DNA of 64,000 nucleotides, from assembly GCA_016933255.1 (NCBI GenBank), contig JAFGBF010000002.1:4772-68771 (forward strand), written 5' to 3'. Made by a program: the position numbers and the translations under genes. This document shows, piece by piece, positions 38,386-48,214 of this stretch. The notes under the pieces are model-generated. The model saw only the letters and a program-made list of their open reading frames with translations, had not been told where the DNA came from and did no database searches. Numbering within the stretch: position 1 is the stretch's first letter; each line of letters opens with the position of its first letter. This stretch comes from Candidatus Krumholzibacteriota bacterium. GTDB taxonomy: Bacteria > Krumholzibacteriota > Krumholzibacteriia > Krumholzibacteriales > Krumholzibacteriaceae.

Positions 38386-38985
38386 TTATCTCCAGTTGAG
38401 GAGGTCAAGAGGGCCAGTGGTGTCATAATGGCCGGCTATCGTCTCGACTGGATAGCCGTCGACCAGGAATTGCAATTTTCTGATCTGAGGGAAATTGGAA
38501 CTGATCGTCCTCAGGATCATGCTTATCGTATAATACTCGCTGACTCCACCTCCGGGATGTCCCGAGATAAATACCCTGTTAAAATCCACGTACACGGTCT
38601 GTGACTCCTCCACCCAGAACACTTCTATTACATCCGTGCCCTGAGGGAGCGCGGAGATCATCTTATCATCCTCCGGGCCCTGGGCAAGGGCTCTTATCAC
38701 GCCTTTTACCTGCTCTTCGATCCCTTCGCGCACGGCTATCTCTCTCGTCTCCGAAAGAAGGCCGCTCGCGTCTCTGCCGGCAAAGAAAAGAGTCACACTC
38801 ATAGTCTGCTCGGGAACTTCAACGGGAGCCGGGGTTTTCTGGACATTGCTCAGGCGGGTCGATTTTTCGATCAGAAAAATCGAGACTATCACTATCGCGA
38901 CAACGAGCAGGACGATTATTATGTTTTTGCCGGAAATGATAACCTTATCCTTTCGCAAAAAATCCGCCTGAAAGTCCTGAAGCAC
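38386..38985 (-). CDS. GerMN-domain membrane protein
   Basis: It has a single N-terminal TM helix followed by a GerMN-like domain (…VYVDFNRVF…). It lies between the amidase and murI genes, in a cell-wall context. Confidence 0.45.
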   Translation of the reverse strand: MLQDFQADFLRKDKVIISGKNIIIVLLVVAIVIVSIFLIEKSTRLSNVQKTPAPVEVPEQTMSVTLFFAGRDASGLLSETREIAVREGIEEQVKGVIRALAQGPEDDKMISALPQGTDVIEVFWVEESQTVYVDFNRVFISGHPGGGVSEYYTISMILRTISSNFPQIRKLQFLVDGYPVETIAGHYDTTGPLDLLNWR

Positions 38986-39027
38986 GCTTGATCGGCGCCG
39001 CGGCGCGATCCTCTTCGGGACAGGCGA

Positions 39028-40629
39028 TTACCTCGTCATACTGACAGTTTCAGTATATTTTTCCTGGAACCGTCTTACGGCGTTGACTATCCCTTCGATC
39101 ACCCTTGCCCTGAAAAGCGGGTCCTGCACCAGGATCTCCTCTTCAGGATTTGACAGGAAAGCGATCTCGACTAGTACCGCCGGCATCTTCAGGCCTCTTA
39201 AAACCAGCAGCCCGGCCTGCTTGACACCGCGGTTTCTTATTGAAAGACGATTGCTCATCTCTTTTTGTATCAGTTCGGCGAGCTCGCTGCTCTCGCTTAT
39301 AAATTCGTTCTGGACTATGTCCCAGAGAATAAAATCAAGTTCGTCGAGTTCTTCCGGCTTGAGTTCTGGGTTCTCAAACTGGATAGAGGCGTTTTCCTCC
39401 CTCGCGAGCCTCAGATCATCCTCGCTGCGGGCCGGGGCGAGAAAGAAAGTCTCAAAGCCGCTGGCGTCCTGATGAAACCACCCGTTGCAGTGGATGCTTA
39501 TAAAGAGGTCAGCGTCTTCCGAGTTCGCGATCTCCGCTCTCCTGCTCAGCGGTACAAGAATATCGTCAGTCCTCGTCATCACGACCTCTACACCGAATTC
39601 TTCGACAAGCCTCTCGCTGAGAAGGATCGAATAGTCAAGGTTCACATCTTTTTCATAGATTCCGGAAGAGCTCACCTTTCCCTTGTCGACACCTCCATGC
39701 CCGGGGTCTATCGCGATCTTCAGTATCCTGTTTCCTCTGATCGTCTCAGCATCGAGGATCTCCGTCATCTTCATCCCGGCGAAATCAGGATCTGGAATCT
39801 CCGGCAGTTTAGTTTTCTCAAGGAATATTACGAGCTTTCTTGCGCTTCCGCCGCCTTCTGCATCATCAAAAAACTCCACGCGGAACCTCGCTGCCGTCTT
39901 TTTCACATCAAAGAAAAGGTAAGCGTCATGTTCCGTCTGTTCAGCCCTTGTTTTGTTGAACAGCCCTTTTCCTGCCGTCACGGAGAATTTCAGCGTGTTG
40001 AGCCTGCCGCCGTATATCTTCACCCTGAGAAGGCCTGGAGTCTCGCTGTCAACATGGTACAGAAGCTCCTCCGTCAGATCCAGAACAGCTTTTGACCAGA
40101 CCTCGTCATCGGTGAATGTTATGCCGGTGACGTTATATTCGGGGGATCCTATCGTAAGGATCAGCGTTTCTTCATCAAGATCGATCTCTTCAATCGTCGA
40201 TGAAGCGAGGATTGCGGAAATAAACTCGATAGGGATCATGACCAGACCCTCGGAATACCTTACAGGGACCCTCATCAGGACCGGCTGGTCATCTACGATG
40301 ACGACCCTCGTATCAAGCGTGAACATGAACCTGTGCCCGGAGATACTGAGAATAAGTTTGCGGGCACCGGGATTCCAGTGCCTGCTCGCCTTGAAGACGC
40401 GCGCAAGGTTATATCCCGAGATAAACAGCTCTTCACTGTCCTCCTCCAGCCCGAGGAGGGGAATATCCTCGGTCTGGCGTCCGTCCGCGTAGACGACCCC
40501 CAGAGTCTTCTCGGCTTCGGCTCTTTCGTCCGAAATCAGGGGACTGCTGAGGCCGGAAAGCAAAGCAAGTAAAAGAGCGGCCACTGACGTCATCCGGCAA
40601 AAAACAGAATATCGTTTATTCACTGGCAT
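39028..40629 (-). CDS. N-acetylmuramoyl-L-alanine amidase (AmiC-like, Amidase_3 with N-terminal AMIN-like domains)
   Basis: It has a signal peptide. The Amidase_3 motifs are IAIDPGHGGVDKGKVS and ADLFISIHCN. Confidence 0.8.
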   Translation of the reverse strand: MPVNKRYSVFCRMTSVAALLLALLSGLSSPLISDERAEAEKTLGVVYADGRQTEDIPLLGLEEDSEELFISGYNLARVFKASRHWNPGARKLILSISGHRFMFTLDTRVVIVDDQPVLMRVPVRYSEGLVMIPIEFISAILASSTIEEIDLDEETLILTIGSPEYNVTGITFTDDEVWSKAVLDLTEELLYHVDSETPGLLRVKIYGGRLNTLKFSVTAGKGLFNKTRAEQTEHDAYLFFDVKKTAARFRVEFFDDAEGGGSARKLVIFLEKTKLPEIPDPDFAGMKMTEILDAETIRGNRILKIAIDPGHGGVDKGKVSSSGIYEKDVNLDYSILLSERLVEEFGVEVVMTRTDDILVPLSRRAEIANSEDADLFISIHCNGWFHQDASGFETFFLAPARSEDDLRLAREENASIQFENPELKPEELDELDFILWDIVQNEFISESSELAELIQKEMSNRLSIRNRGVKQAGLLVLRGLKMPAVLVEIAFLSNPEEEILVQDPLFRARVIEGIVNAVRRFQEKYTETVSMTR

Positions 40630-40635
40630 CCCTTC

Positions 40636-41094
40636 CTACCTTTCGCGATCCTTGTCCTTGATCGCCCGGGCCAGATCTCTTTTAGCGTCCCTATCGGCTA
40701 TCGATCGCCTTTTGTCGTACGATTTTTTCCCCTTTGCCAGCCCTATCTCCACCTTGACTCTTCCGGCGTCGTTGAAATAGACCTTCAGCGGAATAAGAGT
40801 AAGCCCCTTTTCACGGGTCTTTCCTATAAGGCGCTTTATCTCTCTCGCGTGCACAAGAAGTTTTCGTGTACGGGTCGGCTCGTGGTTATTCCGGTTGCCC
40901 TGTTTGTACGGGCTTATATGCGCGCTGAAGAGGAAAAGCTCTTCATTTTCGATAGAGGCGTACGAATCCTTCAGATGAGCGCTCCCCGCCCTGAGAGATT
41001 TTACTTCTGTACCGGTCAGAACAATACCAGCTTCCATCGTCTCGATGATAGCGTAATCGTGCCTGGCCTTTCTGTTCGTGCAAACGATCTTCAT
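40636..41094 (-). CDS. smpB: SsrA-binding protein
   Basis: The sequence is KIVCTNRKARHDYAIIETMEAGIVLTGTEVKSLR... The true start is the internal ATG at 41094. The ORF-track start at 41154 is an extension. Confidence 0.9.
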   Translation of the reverse strand: MKIVCTNRKARHDYAIIETMEAGIVLTGTEVKSLRAGSAHLKDSYASIENEELFLFSAHISPYKQGNRNNHEPTRTRKLLVHAREIKRLIGKTREKGLTLIPLKVYFNDAGRVKVEIGLAKGKKSYDKRRSIADRDAKRDLARAIKDKDRER

Positions 41095-41390
41095 GACACC
41101 TGATACACCGCGCTCCCCAGCGAATTCCTTCCGCATTGATAAAAAAACCGGCACTTGCCTTCGCTGACCTTCCCCCGGAAGAAGATCGGATCATCGACAG
41201 GCGAAAACTACCAGAGAGATAGCGTATTTTCAAGCAAAAAGGGGCATCCCCGCCGGCCGGACCGGAAAGGTCCGCCGAAAACGGGCTGGTCTTTTCAAAG
41301 GTGCGTAAATTATGAGGGGCCCCGGCGAATTTCACGCATTGACAAAAGGGGTCTGGTTAATTATTGTAATTACCTGAAATTATAGCTTAT

Positions 41391-41474
41391 GCCTGAGTGG
41401 TGGAACTGGTAGACGCGCTGCGTTCAGGGCGCAGTGGGGGTAACTCCGTGGGGGTTCAACTCCCCCCTCAGGCA
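41391..41474 (+). tRNA. tRNA-Leu (anticodon CAG)
   Basis: The sequence is GCCTGAGTGGTGGAACTGGTAGACGCGCTGCGTTCAGGGCGCAGTGGGGGTAACTCCGTGGGGGTTCAACTCCCCCCTCAGGCA. It has the long variable arm and the anticodon loop TTCAGGG. Confidence 0.85.
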
Positions 41475-41495
41475 TTATTTATTTCCAGGGAGAAT

Positions 41496-41900
41496 ATGAT
41501 GGACCTGATCACAACATTTACCGGTCAGTACAGCAACAGCACTGCAATAAAGGGATACAGCATCAGGACAAGCCAGTCAGCGATGAACGGCGGGGACGAT
41601 GAGAACCCCGCTCCTTTCGACCTGCTGCTGACATCGATCTCAGCCTGCAGCGCCGTATATGTCGATTATTTCTGTCAAAAACGGGGGATCCCGACCGAAA
41701 ATATACGCGTGATATTGAAGACCGTGGTCGATCCGGAGAAAAAGAAGATCGGAAAGATAATAATAAATGTGGAGATCCCCGCTGATTTCCCGGAAAAATA
41801 TATCAAACCGATGATGAAATCGGTCGATATGTGCGCGGTGAAAAAACTTATACTCGACCCGCCTGAATTCGAACTGGCCGCGGTAACTACGCCGCTCTGA
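41496..41900 (+). CDS. OsmC/Ohr-family protein
   Basis: It is about 134 aa from the ATG at 41496, after GGGAGAA. It has the two conserved cysteines of OsmC-like peroxidases (SISACSAVY…DMCAV). The ORF-track N-terminus overlaps the tRNA and is spurious. Confidence 0.65.
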   Translation: MMDLITTFTGQYSNSTAIKGYSIRTSQSAMNGGDDENPAPFDLLLTSISACSAVYVDYFCQKRGIPTENIRVILKTVVDPEKKKIGKIIINVEIPADFPEKYIKPMMKSVDMCAVKKLILDPPEFELAAVTTPL

Positions 41901-43164
41901 TCCCTCGGCGCTTTCTCTTTTTTCTGCGGTTGTAGCTCGAAACCAGCTCCATGAATATTCCAAGATCGTTTTCAAGATCCATACGGTTTGAGTCGAAGTA
42001 GAACGGGCGGATCGGGATGTCGTCATGATCGCGGCTTACGCGCGGATAGACCGACTCTGATACTATTCCATTCATGCATGTGAACGGGCTTATATCGATT
42101 ATTCCATCGGCCCCGTTCTCGTACATATAGATACTCTTTCCTACGCTGAGCACCATCTCGCCGAGGGCTCCGTGCCAGGGAAGGTATGGCTCTGCAAGAT
42201 CGAGTATTTCTCTTATCTTCCCCGGTTCTTTCATAGGCGCGAGGGAGCCTTTCAGCGGTTCAAGAAGTTTGTGTTCCAGCCTTTTCTGGAAAAATTTCTT
42301 CAGCTGAACGCCGGCCATTGAAGCTGATATGCCGTTGCCCCTTATCTTCAGGTTCTTCACCTGTTCCTCATCGGTGTACCATATCCATTCGGTAATATCG
42401 GAAAGCCAGGCCGTAGCCCCGAAACGCTCCAGTCTGCGTATCAGATCATCGTTGCTGAAAGTGTTAAGACGGCAGAATATTTCGCCGACGACACCTACAA
42501 GCATCGTTTCTTTCTCCGTATCGACAGGAACAGCGCGGAAGATATCCCTCGCGGCCTCCATCGTGCCGGTCAGGCGGCGTGATACCGAGTTCTTCCGGAG
42601 AGGACCGTTTTCAAGTTCGTCGCAGAATATTCCAAGCGCCTCACGATGCGCGGCGTCCGCGGCCCCCTCTTCCGTCTCACGGGGACGATGCGTATGGAGC
42701 ATCTTGCGCAGCGCGTCGCTTCCGACAAGGGCGAGCCAGCCAAGCTGCATAAGAGGAGCGGCATATCTTCCTATCCCGTCGTATCCGTTCTTACTTGTGG
42801 GAGAGAAGACCATCAGCGATTCGTACCCCATATCGTCGAGTATCTGGCGGAGAAAGGGCGCGTACTGCCCGAACCTGCAGGGGCCTCCTGCCGTAGGCAT
42901 GAGAAACGCCGTCTTTGAAGGGTCAAACCCCGGCGATTCGATGACCCTGAGAAAATTCCCCACCGTCACCCTCTCGGGCAGGCATTCGTCTCCCGACGTA
43001 TACCGGCCGGCCAGATCGAATGTCCTTTCGTTTCCCTCGGGGACGACTTTGGCGTCTATCCCGAAGTGCCGAAACGCTGCTGCAAAAGCTTCGGCTCCTC
43101 CTGAGGACATTCTGGGAATGTAGAGGGTCCTGTCTTCGAGAGACCAGCTTCTTTCTTCCACCAC
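41887..43164 (-). CDS. DUF2229-like protein associated with CoA-substrate-specific enzyme activase (C-terminal portion of a normally fused protein)
   Basis: It is the last gene of the activase operon and overlaps the 3' end of the upstream gene by 55-109 nt in another frame. No catalytic motif is recognised. Combined length with the upstream protein is about 1450 aa, matching single-polypeptide homologues. Confidence 0.45.
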   Translation of the reverse strand: MVEERSWSLEDRTLYIPRMSSGGAEAFAAAFRHFGIDAKVVPEGNERTFDLAGRYTSGDECLPERVTVGNFLRVIESPGFDPSKTAFLMPTAGGPCRFGQYAPFLRQILDDMGYESLMVFSPTSKNGYDGIGRYAAPLMQLGWLALVGSDALRKMLHTHRPRETEEGAADAAHREALGIFCDELENGPLRKNSVSRRLTGTMEAARDIFRAVPVDTEKETMLVGVVGEIFCRLNTFSNDDLIRRLERFGATAWLSDITEWIWYTDEEQVKNLKIRGNGISASMAGVQLKKFFQKRLEHKLLEPLKGSLAPMKEPGKIREILDLAEPYLPWHGALGEMVLSVGKSIYMYENGADGIIDISPFTCMNGIVSESVYPRVSRDHDDIPIRPFYFDSNRMDLENDLGIFMELVSSYNRRKKRKRRGIRAA

Positions 43165-46100
43165 CTGAGTACTCCCTTGCTGTCGAGATAAGCTTCACAT
43201 CTTGTCATCATGCCGGCGTCGTTTCCGTGGGCATCGAACTGCAGCGCGAGCCACGGACGCGACGACGCCCTGTTGCAGAAATGTTTTACATATGAATCGG
43301 GGCCGCATTTGAAATTGGTTATGTAGATCAGATGCAGGTTCTCTCTTTCAGAGGCGAATTTCGCCGCCTGCAGTATCTTTCTGCCGTAATTCCAGAACAT
43401 GTTCTGTCCCTCCTCCTCGATATCGATCCCGTCCAGGGGAAGGAAGAAGAGAGGGATGACATTCGCCCCGTAATAATCCCTCAGCTTGCCCGGCACATCC
43501 ATGTTGATTTCCCGGTCCATCAGATTATACGGTCTTCCAACCAGGATTATCCCCGGCTGATTCTTTTCGTCGAGCGCCGCCAGGGCTTTTTGCCCGCAAG
43601 CCTGGAGCTCACCCTGAAAAAGCCGCTGAGCGGCGTATGCCGCCCTGACCGCCAGTCTGCTCCGCCGCCTGCTCCTGCCGTATCTTTTAGCGAACCGCCA
43701 CAGCTCTTTTTCTACAAATTTTTCTCCCTCCCTGAAATGGACTATGGGAGAAGCTATGATCCCCTCCCTGCCTTCCAGCGCCGGCATGCTCCGGATGACG
43801 AAAGGCAGAGTCTGCCCCCAGGGACAAATATATGATCCGGTCTCCTCATGATCAGTCTCGGCATCTATGATATTGGGGATGAAGATCAGATCGGGGTCCT
43901 CTTCAAGCAGCCGGACGACGTGTCCATGCGCCACCTGGACCGGCGCGCAGGGCTCGGCGACCGAACCTTCGATACCCCTGTTGACGATCTCCCTGTTCGT
44001 CTCAGGAGTCGTCACCAGCTCCATTCCGAGAGCACTCAGAAATGTGCTCCAGAATGGGTATGTATCGAAGTAGAACATCGCAGACGGGATCCCTGCCGTG
44101 ATCCTTTTTCCGCCAGGCGGAGGAGCCGTGTCTATTTTTATTCCCAGCTCTTCTTCGACCAGCGGGATCGTATCCCTTTCAAGAAGGTTCATATATACTT
44201 TCATAAGATCGGGAACGGCCGGCTTAAGATGGGCCCTTGCCCTTTTGTGGTATCTTTCTCCGCACTTGTCGCCCCAGTATGTCTTGCGGCCGGCTACGGT
44301 GAACTCCTGAATATCACAGAAATTCGTGCAGCCGCTGCACGGAAATTCGCGGATACTGTATTCTACTTTCGATATATCCAGCCCGCGGAACGAACTGACG
44401 GTTCCGAGAGCAGTCATTTTTTCTTTCGCAAGCAGGGCGGCGCCGATAGCCCCCATCACTCCGTTATATGGAGGAACGATTATCTCCTTTTCGAGTATCT
44501 GGCTGAAAGCGGCGGCTACCGAGTCATTGTACGCTGTCCCGCCCTGAAAAAAGACGACGTCGCCGATCTTTCTGCCGCGCACGATCCTGTTCAGATAGTT
44601 CTGCACTACCGAACAGGCAAGCCCCGCCACCAGATCGGATTTGCCGGCTCCCATCTTCTGGTATGACGAGAGGTCGCGTTCCATATAGACGGTGCATCGT
44701 TCTCCCATCCGCAAGGGGGCCTTTGAAGCAAAAGCCTCTCTGGAGAATTCATCGATAATATTAATGTCAAGTTTCGAGGCCTGCTCCTCGAGGAATGATC
44801 CGGTCCCGGCCGCGCAAGCCTCGTTCATCGTGAAATCGACGACTATCCCGTCATCGATCGAAATATATTTGGAATCCTGGCCGCCGATCTCGAATATCGT
44901 ATCGACTTTTTTACCAAGCAGCCTTTCTCCGATGAACAGAGCTCCGGTCTTGTGCGCCGTGATCTCGTCATTGACAGTATCGGCTCCGACCAGTTCGCCT
45001 ATAAGTTCGCGTCCCGATCCGGTGGCCCCGACTCCCTTTATCCTGACCCTGTCCCGGGTCCTTTCAGAAAGGATCCGAAGGCCCTCTCCGACGACATCGA
45101 TCGGCCTTGCCTGCGTTCTGAGATATATCTCCTCTATGACCGATCCGTCTCCGGTTATAAGGGCGAGGTTGGTGCTTACCGAACCGATATCCAGTCCGAG
45201 GTATGCGTCTATCGGAATATCCGGTTCACCAATCGAATACGTATCCACGCGGTCGCGCAGAAAACTCACCTTCTCTTTTGACAAACGGTCCCAGGACGGG
45301 AATTCCTCTCTTTCGGAGATATTTTTTTCAGCGACCTTTTCGGCAAGAAGCGCCGTATCTGAATCTTCACAGCTGGCGCGCGATGCTACGATCGCCGATC
45401 CTATAGCTTCAATATAGGCGCACAGGTCGGGGACGAAAAAATCATCGGCGCTGAGCCCGAAGACCTTTCTTACAGATTCAGCGACGCCTCTGTTCATCGC
45501 CACACCGCCGATAAAGGCGGTCCTGCCGGTGATCTTTCTCCCTTTGGTAATATTACTCTTGAAGTTTCTTGCGACCGCTTCGCACAGCCCTTTGAGCACT
45601 TCTGCGGGCTGATACCCTTTCTGCTGCGCGTGTATCATATCGGATTTTGCGAAAACACTGCACCTGCCGGCGATCTTCGGAGAACGCATCGTATATGATA
45701 CGATCTCCCCCACATCCTCGATGCCGTAACAGAGGCGGCTCGCCTGCTGATCCATGAACGAACCGGTTCCCGCCGCGCAGTCTCCGTTAGTCTCATATTC
45801 GATTATAGAGGTATTGCCGTTTTCGCTTGCGATCCTGATATATTTCGAGTTTTCTCCGCCCATCTCGAAAATATTGACGATATCCGGATATAATCCGCCT
45901 ATACTCGCCGCGGCAGCCTTGAACTCGTTTTCGACAGGGATCCCCAGCGCCTCCGACACGAGTCTGGCGGAAGCTCCGGTCACCACGGCTGACCGTATCT
46001 CGGCGGGGCTGATATTCTGATACAGTTCCCGCAGCGAGCGGATGACGGTATCGAGAGGGTCGCCCTGGACTCTCATATACCGCGAGACAGCTATAGATCG

Positions 46101-46253
46101 ACCCGGGTCGTTTCGGTAAGGATAAACGCCTGTTATAAGGCCGTTTCCTTCTTTTTCCAGAAGCTTCAGGCGCTCTGTCTGGCCGAGCAGGGCCCATCTT
46201 GCGCTTACTGTACCTGTATCTATACCGAGCGATAAACCCATGACACCTTTCAA
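43056..46253 (-). CDS. CoA-substrate-specific enzyme activase: two BadF/BadG/BcrA/BcrD-type ATPase domains fused to a 2-hydroxyacyl-CoA dehydratase (HgdB/HadC)-like domain
   Basis: Two ASKHA-type ATPase modules are present (LGIDTGTVSARWAL...; LGLDIGSVSTNLALI...), with conserved Cys for the bridging [4Fe-4S]. The C-terminal region carries the dehydratase-component motif (GIILVGRPYNLMDREIN). Confidence 0.7.
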   Translation of the reverse strand: MKGVMGLSLGIDTGTVSARWALLGQTERLKLLEKEGNGLITGVYPYRNDPGRSIAVSRYMRVQGDPLDTVIRSLRELYQNISPAEIRSAVVTGASARLVSEALGIPVENEFKAAAASIGGLYPDIVNIFEMGGENSKYIRIASENGNTSIIEYETNGDCAAGTGSFMDQQASRLCYGIEDVGEIVSYTMRSPKIAGRCSVFAKSDMIHAQQKGYQPAEVLKGLCEAVARNFKSNITKGRKITGRTAFIGGVAMNRGVAESVRKVFGLSADDFFVPDLCAYIEAIGSAIVASRASCEDSDTALLAEKVAEKNISEREEFPSWDRLSKEKVSFLRDRVDTYSIGEPDIPIDAYLGLDIGSVSTNLALITGDGSVIEEIYLRTQARPIDVVGEGLRILSERTRDRVRIKGVGATGSGRELIGELVGADTVNDEITAHKTGALFIGERLLGKKVDTIFEIGGQDSKYISIDDGIVVDFTMNEACAAGTGSFLEEQASKLDINIIDEFSREAFASKAPLRMGERCTVYMERDLSSYQKMGAGKSDLVAGLACSVVQNYLNRIVRGRKIGDVVFFQGGTAYNDSVAAAFSQILEKEIIVPPYNGVMGAIGAALLAKEKMTALGTVSSFRGLDISKVEYSIREFPCSGCTNFCDIQEFTVAGRKTYWGDKCGERYHKRARAHLKPAVPDLMKVYMNLLERDTIPLVEEELGIKIDTAPPPGGKRITAGIPSAMFYFDTYPFWSTFLSALGMELVTTPETNREIVNRGIEGSVAEPCAPVQVAHGHVVRLLEEDPDLIFIPNIIDAETDHEETGSYICPWGQTLPFVIRSMPALEGREGIIASPIVHFREGEKFVEKELWRFAKRYGRSRRRSRLAVRAAYAAQRLFQGELQACGQKALAALDEKNQPGIILVGRPYNLMDREINMDVPGKLRDYYGANVIPLFFLPLDGIDIEEEGQNMFWNYGRKILQAAKFASERENLHLIYITNFKCGPDSYVKHFCNRASSRPWLALQFDAHGNDAGMMTRCEAYLDSKGVLRWWKKEAGLSKTGPSTFPECPQEEPKLLQQRFGTSG

Positions 46254-46495
46254 ATCCGCAGTATGGCCTTCAGATCATTTTCCTGTTGGATCAGATGCGG
46301 GCCGCGGCTGGAAACATCCCCTATCCGGATAACGCCGGAACCAAACAGACATCCATTATATACCTTATAGAGGTATATTCTCAAGACATTCCCTGAGACT
46401 GCTTCCGATAATGCCGAAAGATCGTCCAAAGACCAGGGAAATACGCACCTTTAATCGTCATCGCCTGAACCCTGATTACGCGCCGTCAGGAACCG

Positions 46496-47068
46496 TCACC
46501 CTGAACCAGAGGTCCTGCGCTTCTTTTTATATATATCCCTGATAGCGGAAAGATCATCCATATACAGTCCCTTTTTGAAATCGGGGAAGGTCCATGGAAG
46601 GGTTATCCATCTACCCTCCTGATACATAAGGACCGGATCGGCGTAGACTCCTTCTCCTATATATATCTTCTGGGGGCCCTCCTTGAACGAGGCAAGGACG
46701 GCTTTGAAAAAATCGATATATCCGGGATCGATGTTGATCCTTCTTTTTCCGTCTTTCGAGAAGCTGTCTTCAAGAGATCTGGCCGAGTGTTTGACCTGTA
46801 CAATATCCATCGCCTCGCCGAGAGGGGCAAATGATACTATTACCCTTGAGATACCCGGCCCCATCTCATCTTCGTAATAATCGGTCATGTCGAAAGGAAA
46901 AGCTTTTCCCCTGTAATCGATCGGACCCAGGATCCCCTCTAACTCCTTAAGCAGCTTATCCATATCGGCATGCGCGGCTGATCCCGCCATTTCCTCGCTC
47001 AAAAGAAGAGCCGCAAAAAACTTTACAGGTGCTCCACTTTCCGGATTCCCTGCTTTCGGATGGCCCAT
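46496..47068 (-). CDS. Conserved hypothetical protein (operon partner of the activase)
   Basis: It is a 190 aa ORF between the NAT-like and activase genes. No motif is recognised, and the start is uncertain. Confidence 0.35.
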   Translation of the reverse strand: MGHPKAGNPESGAPVKFFAALLLSEEMAGSAAHADMDKLLKELEGILGPIDYRGKAFPFDMTDYYEDEMGPGISRVIVSFAPLGEAMDIVQVKHSARSLEDSFSKDGKRRINIDPGYIDFFKAVLASFKEGPQKIYIGEGVYADPVLMYQEGRWITLPWTFPDFKKGLYMDDLSAIRDIYKKKRRTSGSG

Positions 47069-47874
47069 TCCTTTTTCATCCTTTCGATATATTCACGCGC
47101 TTCGGCAGTCACCTCTTGCGAGATCCCGAACTCATCCTCTATTCTCGACTCGAGGCTCTTCCTTATGTTCTCGTTTATCTTCTGGTCGCCGCGCCGAAGC
47201 CTCAGGTGATGATTCTTGATATAAAGATGTCCATTTTCAGTGAGCTTTGTCAACTGCAGCGAATTCATCATCGGAAGCGAAAAAGATTCTTTCCAGTATC
47301 TTATGAACTGCGCCTGAGCTACCGGAGTCGTTCTTACCCTGTATCTCCATTTTTTTTCGCTTCCGGTAACTGTGTACAGATCATAACTCTCCATCCCCTT
47401 CGGCCTTAGTTCCACAGTTCCGAACGCCGTACTGATCGATGCGGGAAGAGAACCGAGTTCTACCGGTTCCCCCAGAAGATACCCCGGATCGATCAGATAC
47501 CTCTTTTTGCCGGCATGTACGACGAGTGCGCAGTGAATATTTGTTCTTTTCATATCGGCCATTACGGGGTAGCACCTGTATCCGGAATTGGAGAGGATCG
47601 AGCCGAGGCACCAGGTAAGGGAGAAACATGTCCCGCCCGTATTATCCCCGATATAGCCGCTGATGACATCTTCCGGACCGCGCAGACGCCTGTCGGGATC
47701 ATCTATCGTATATTTTGTTATGATCTTTGTAAGGTTTTCATATGGAAGTTTTGAAAAATGAGACGCCACTGCCCGCAGCAGGTCATATTCAGGGTCGCCT
47801 GAAGGGAGTGAAAAGTGTTCAAAAAAAAGTTTTTTCGCGTTAATTCCCGCTCCGCCCAATTTTTTTCCTTTCAC
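47023..47874 (-). CDS. Arylamine N-acetyltransferase (NAT)-family protein
   Basis: The motifs PYENL and GGTCFSLT contain the catalytic Cys, and a downstream His/Asp sits in IHCALVVH…DPG. This is consistent with the NAT Cys-His-Asp triad. Confidence 0.5.
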   Translation of the reverse strand: MKGKKLGGAGINAKKLFFEHFSLPSGDPEYDLLRAVASHFSKLPYENLTKIITKYTIDDPDRRLRGPEDVISGYIGDNTGGTCFSLTWCLGSILSNSGYRCYPVMADMKRTNIHCALVVHAGKKRYLIDPGYLLGEPVELGSLPASISTAFGTVELRPKGMESYDLYTVTGSEKKWRYRVRTTPVAQAQFIRYWKESFSLPMMNSLQLTKLTENGHLYIKNHHLRLRRGDQKINENIRKSLESRIEDEFGISQEVTAEAREYIERMKKEWAIRKQGIRKVEHL

Positions 47875-48214
47875 CTCAAATGTCCCGTCACTCCGGCCCG
47901 AAACGCCTTATGACCAGGCGCCGCTGCCGAAGCGGACTTTTCTCGCCCGGCCACTGCCGGCACCTTTCCGGTAACCTCCGGAGCTATTGACACTGCTTTA
48001 GATAGCATCTTTTCGCCTTTCGATGCAACAAAAACCGGACCTCAGCGATATTTCGCGCGCTCTGCGGCTCTTTCTCCGTTTCCTCTCACAGGTTGACATC
48101 GGCAAGAGGTTTCCTTTATATTTAGCGTCCGGCTTTGAATAGATCCTGGCCGGAAATCCAGCAGCTGCCGCAGTCAGCCGGCGGCATCAAGTATACTAAA
48201 AGGGAGGCTCGGTC

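Noticed and set aside
41155-41390. Possible tmRNA (ssrA) next to smpB
   Set aside because: The 235 nt smpB-tRNA-Leu spacer has small hairpins (ggacc-ggaaa-ggtcc). It has no tRNA-Ala-like acceptor/T-arm end and no tag-peptide reading frame, and it is too short for tmRNA.
41397-41495. N-terminal extension of the OsmC-like ORF across tRNA-Leu
   Set aside because: It overlaps a confidently folded tRNA. The real start is the ATG at 41496, which has an RBS.
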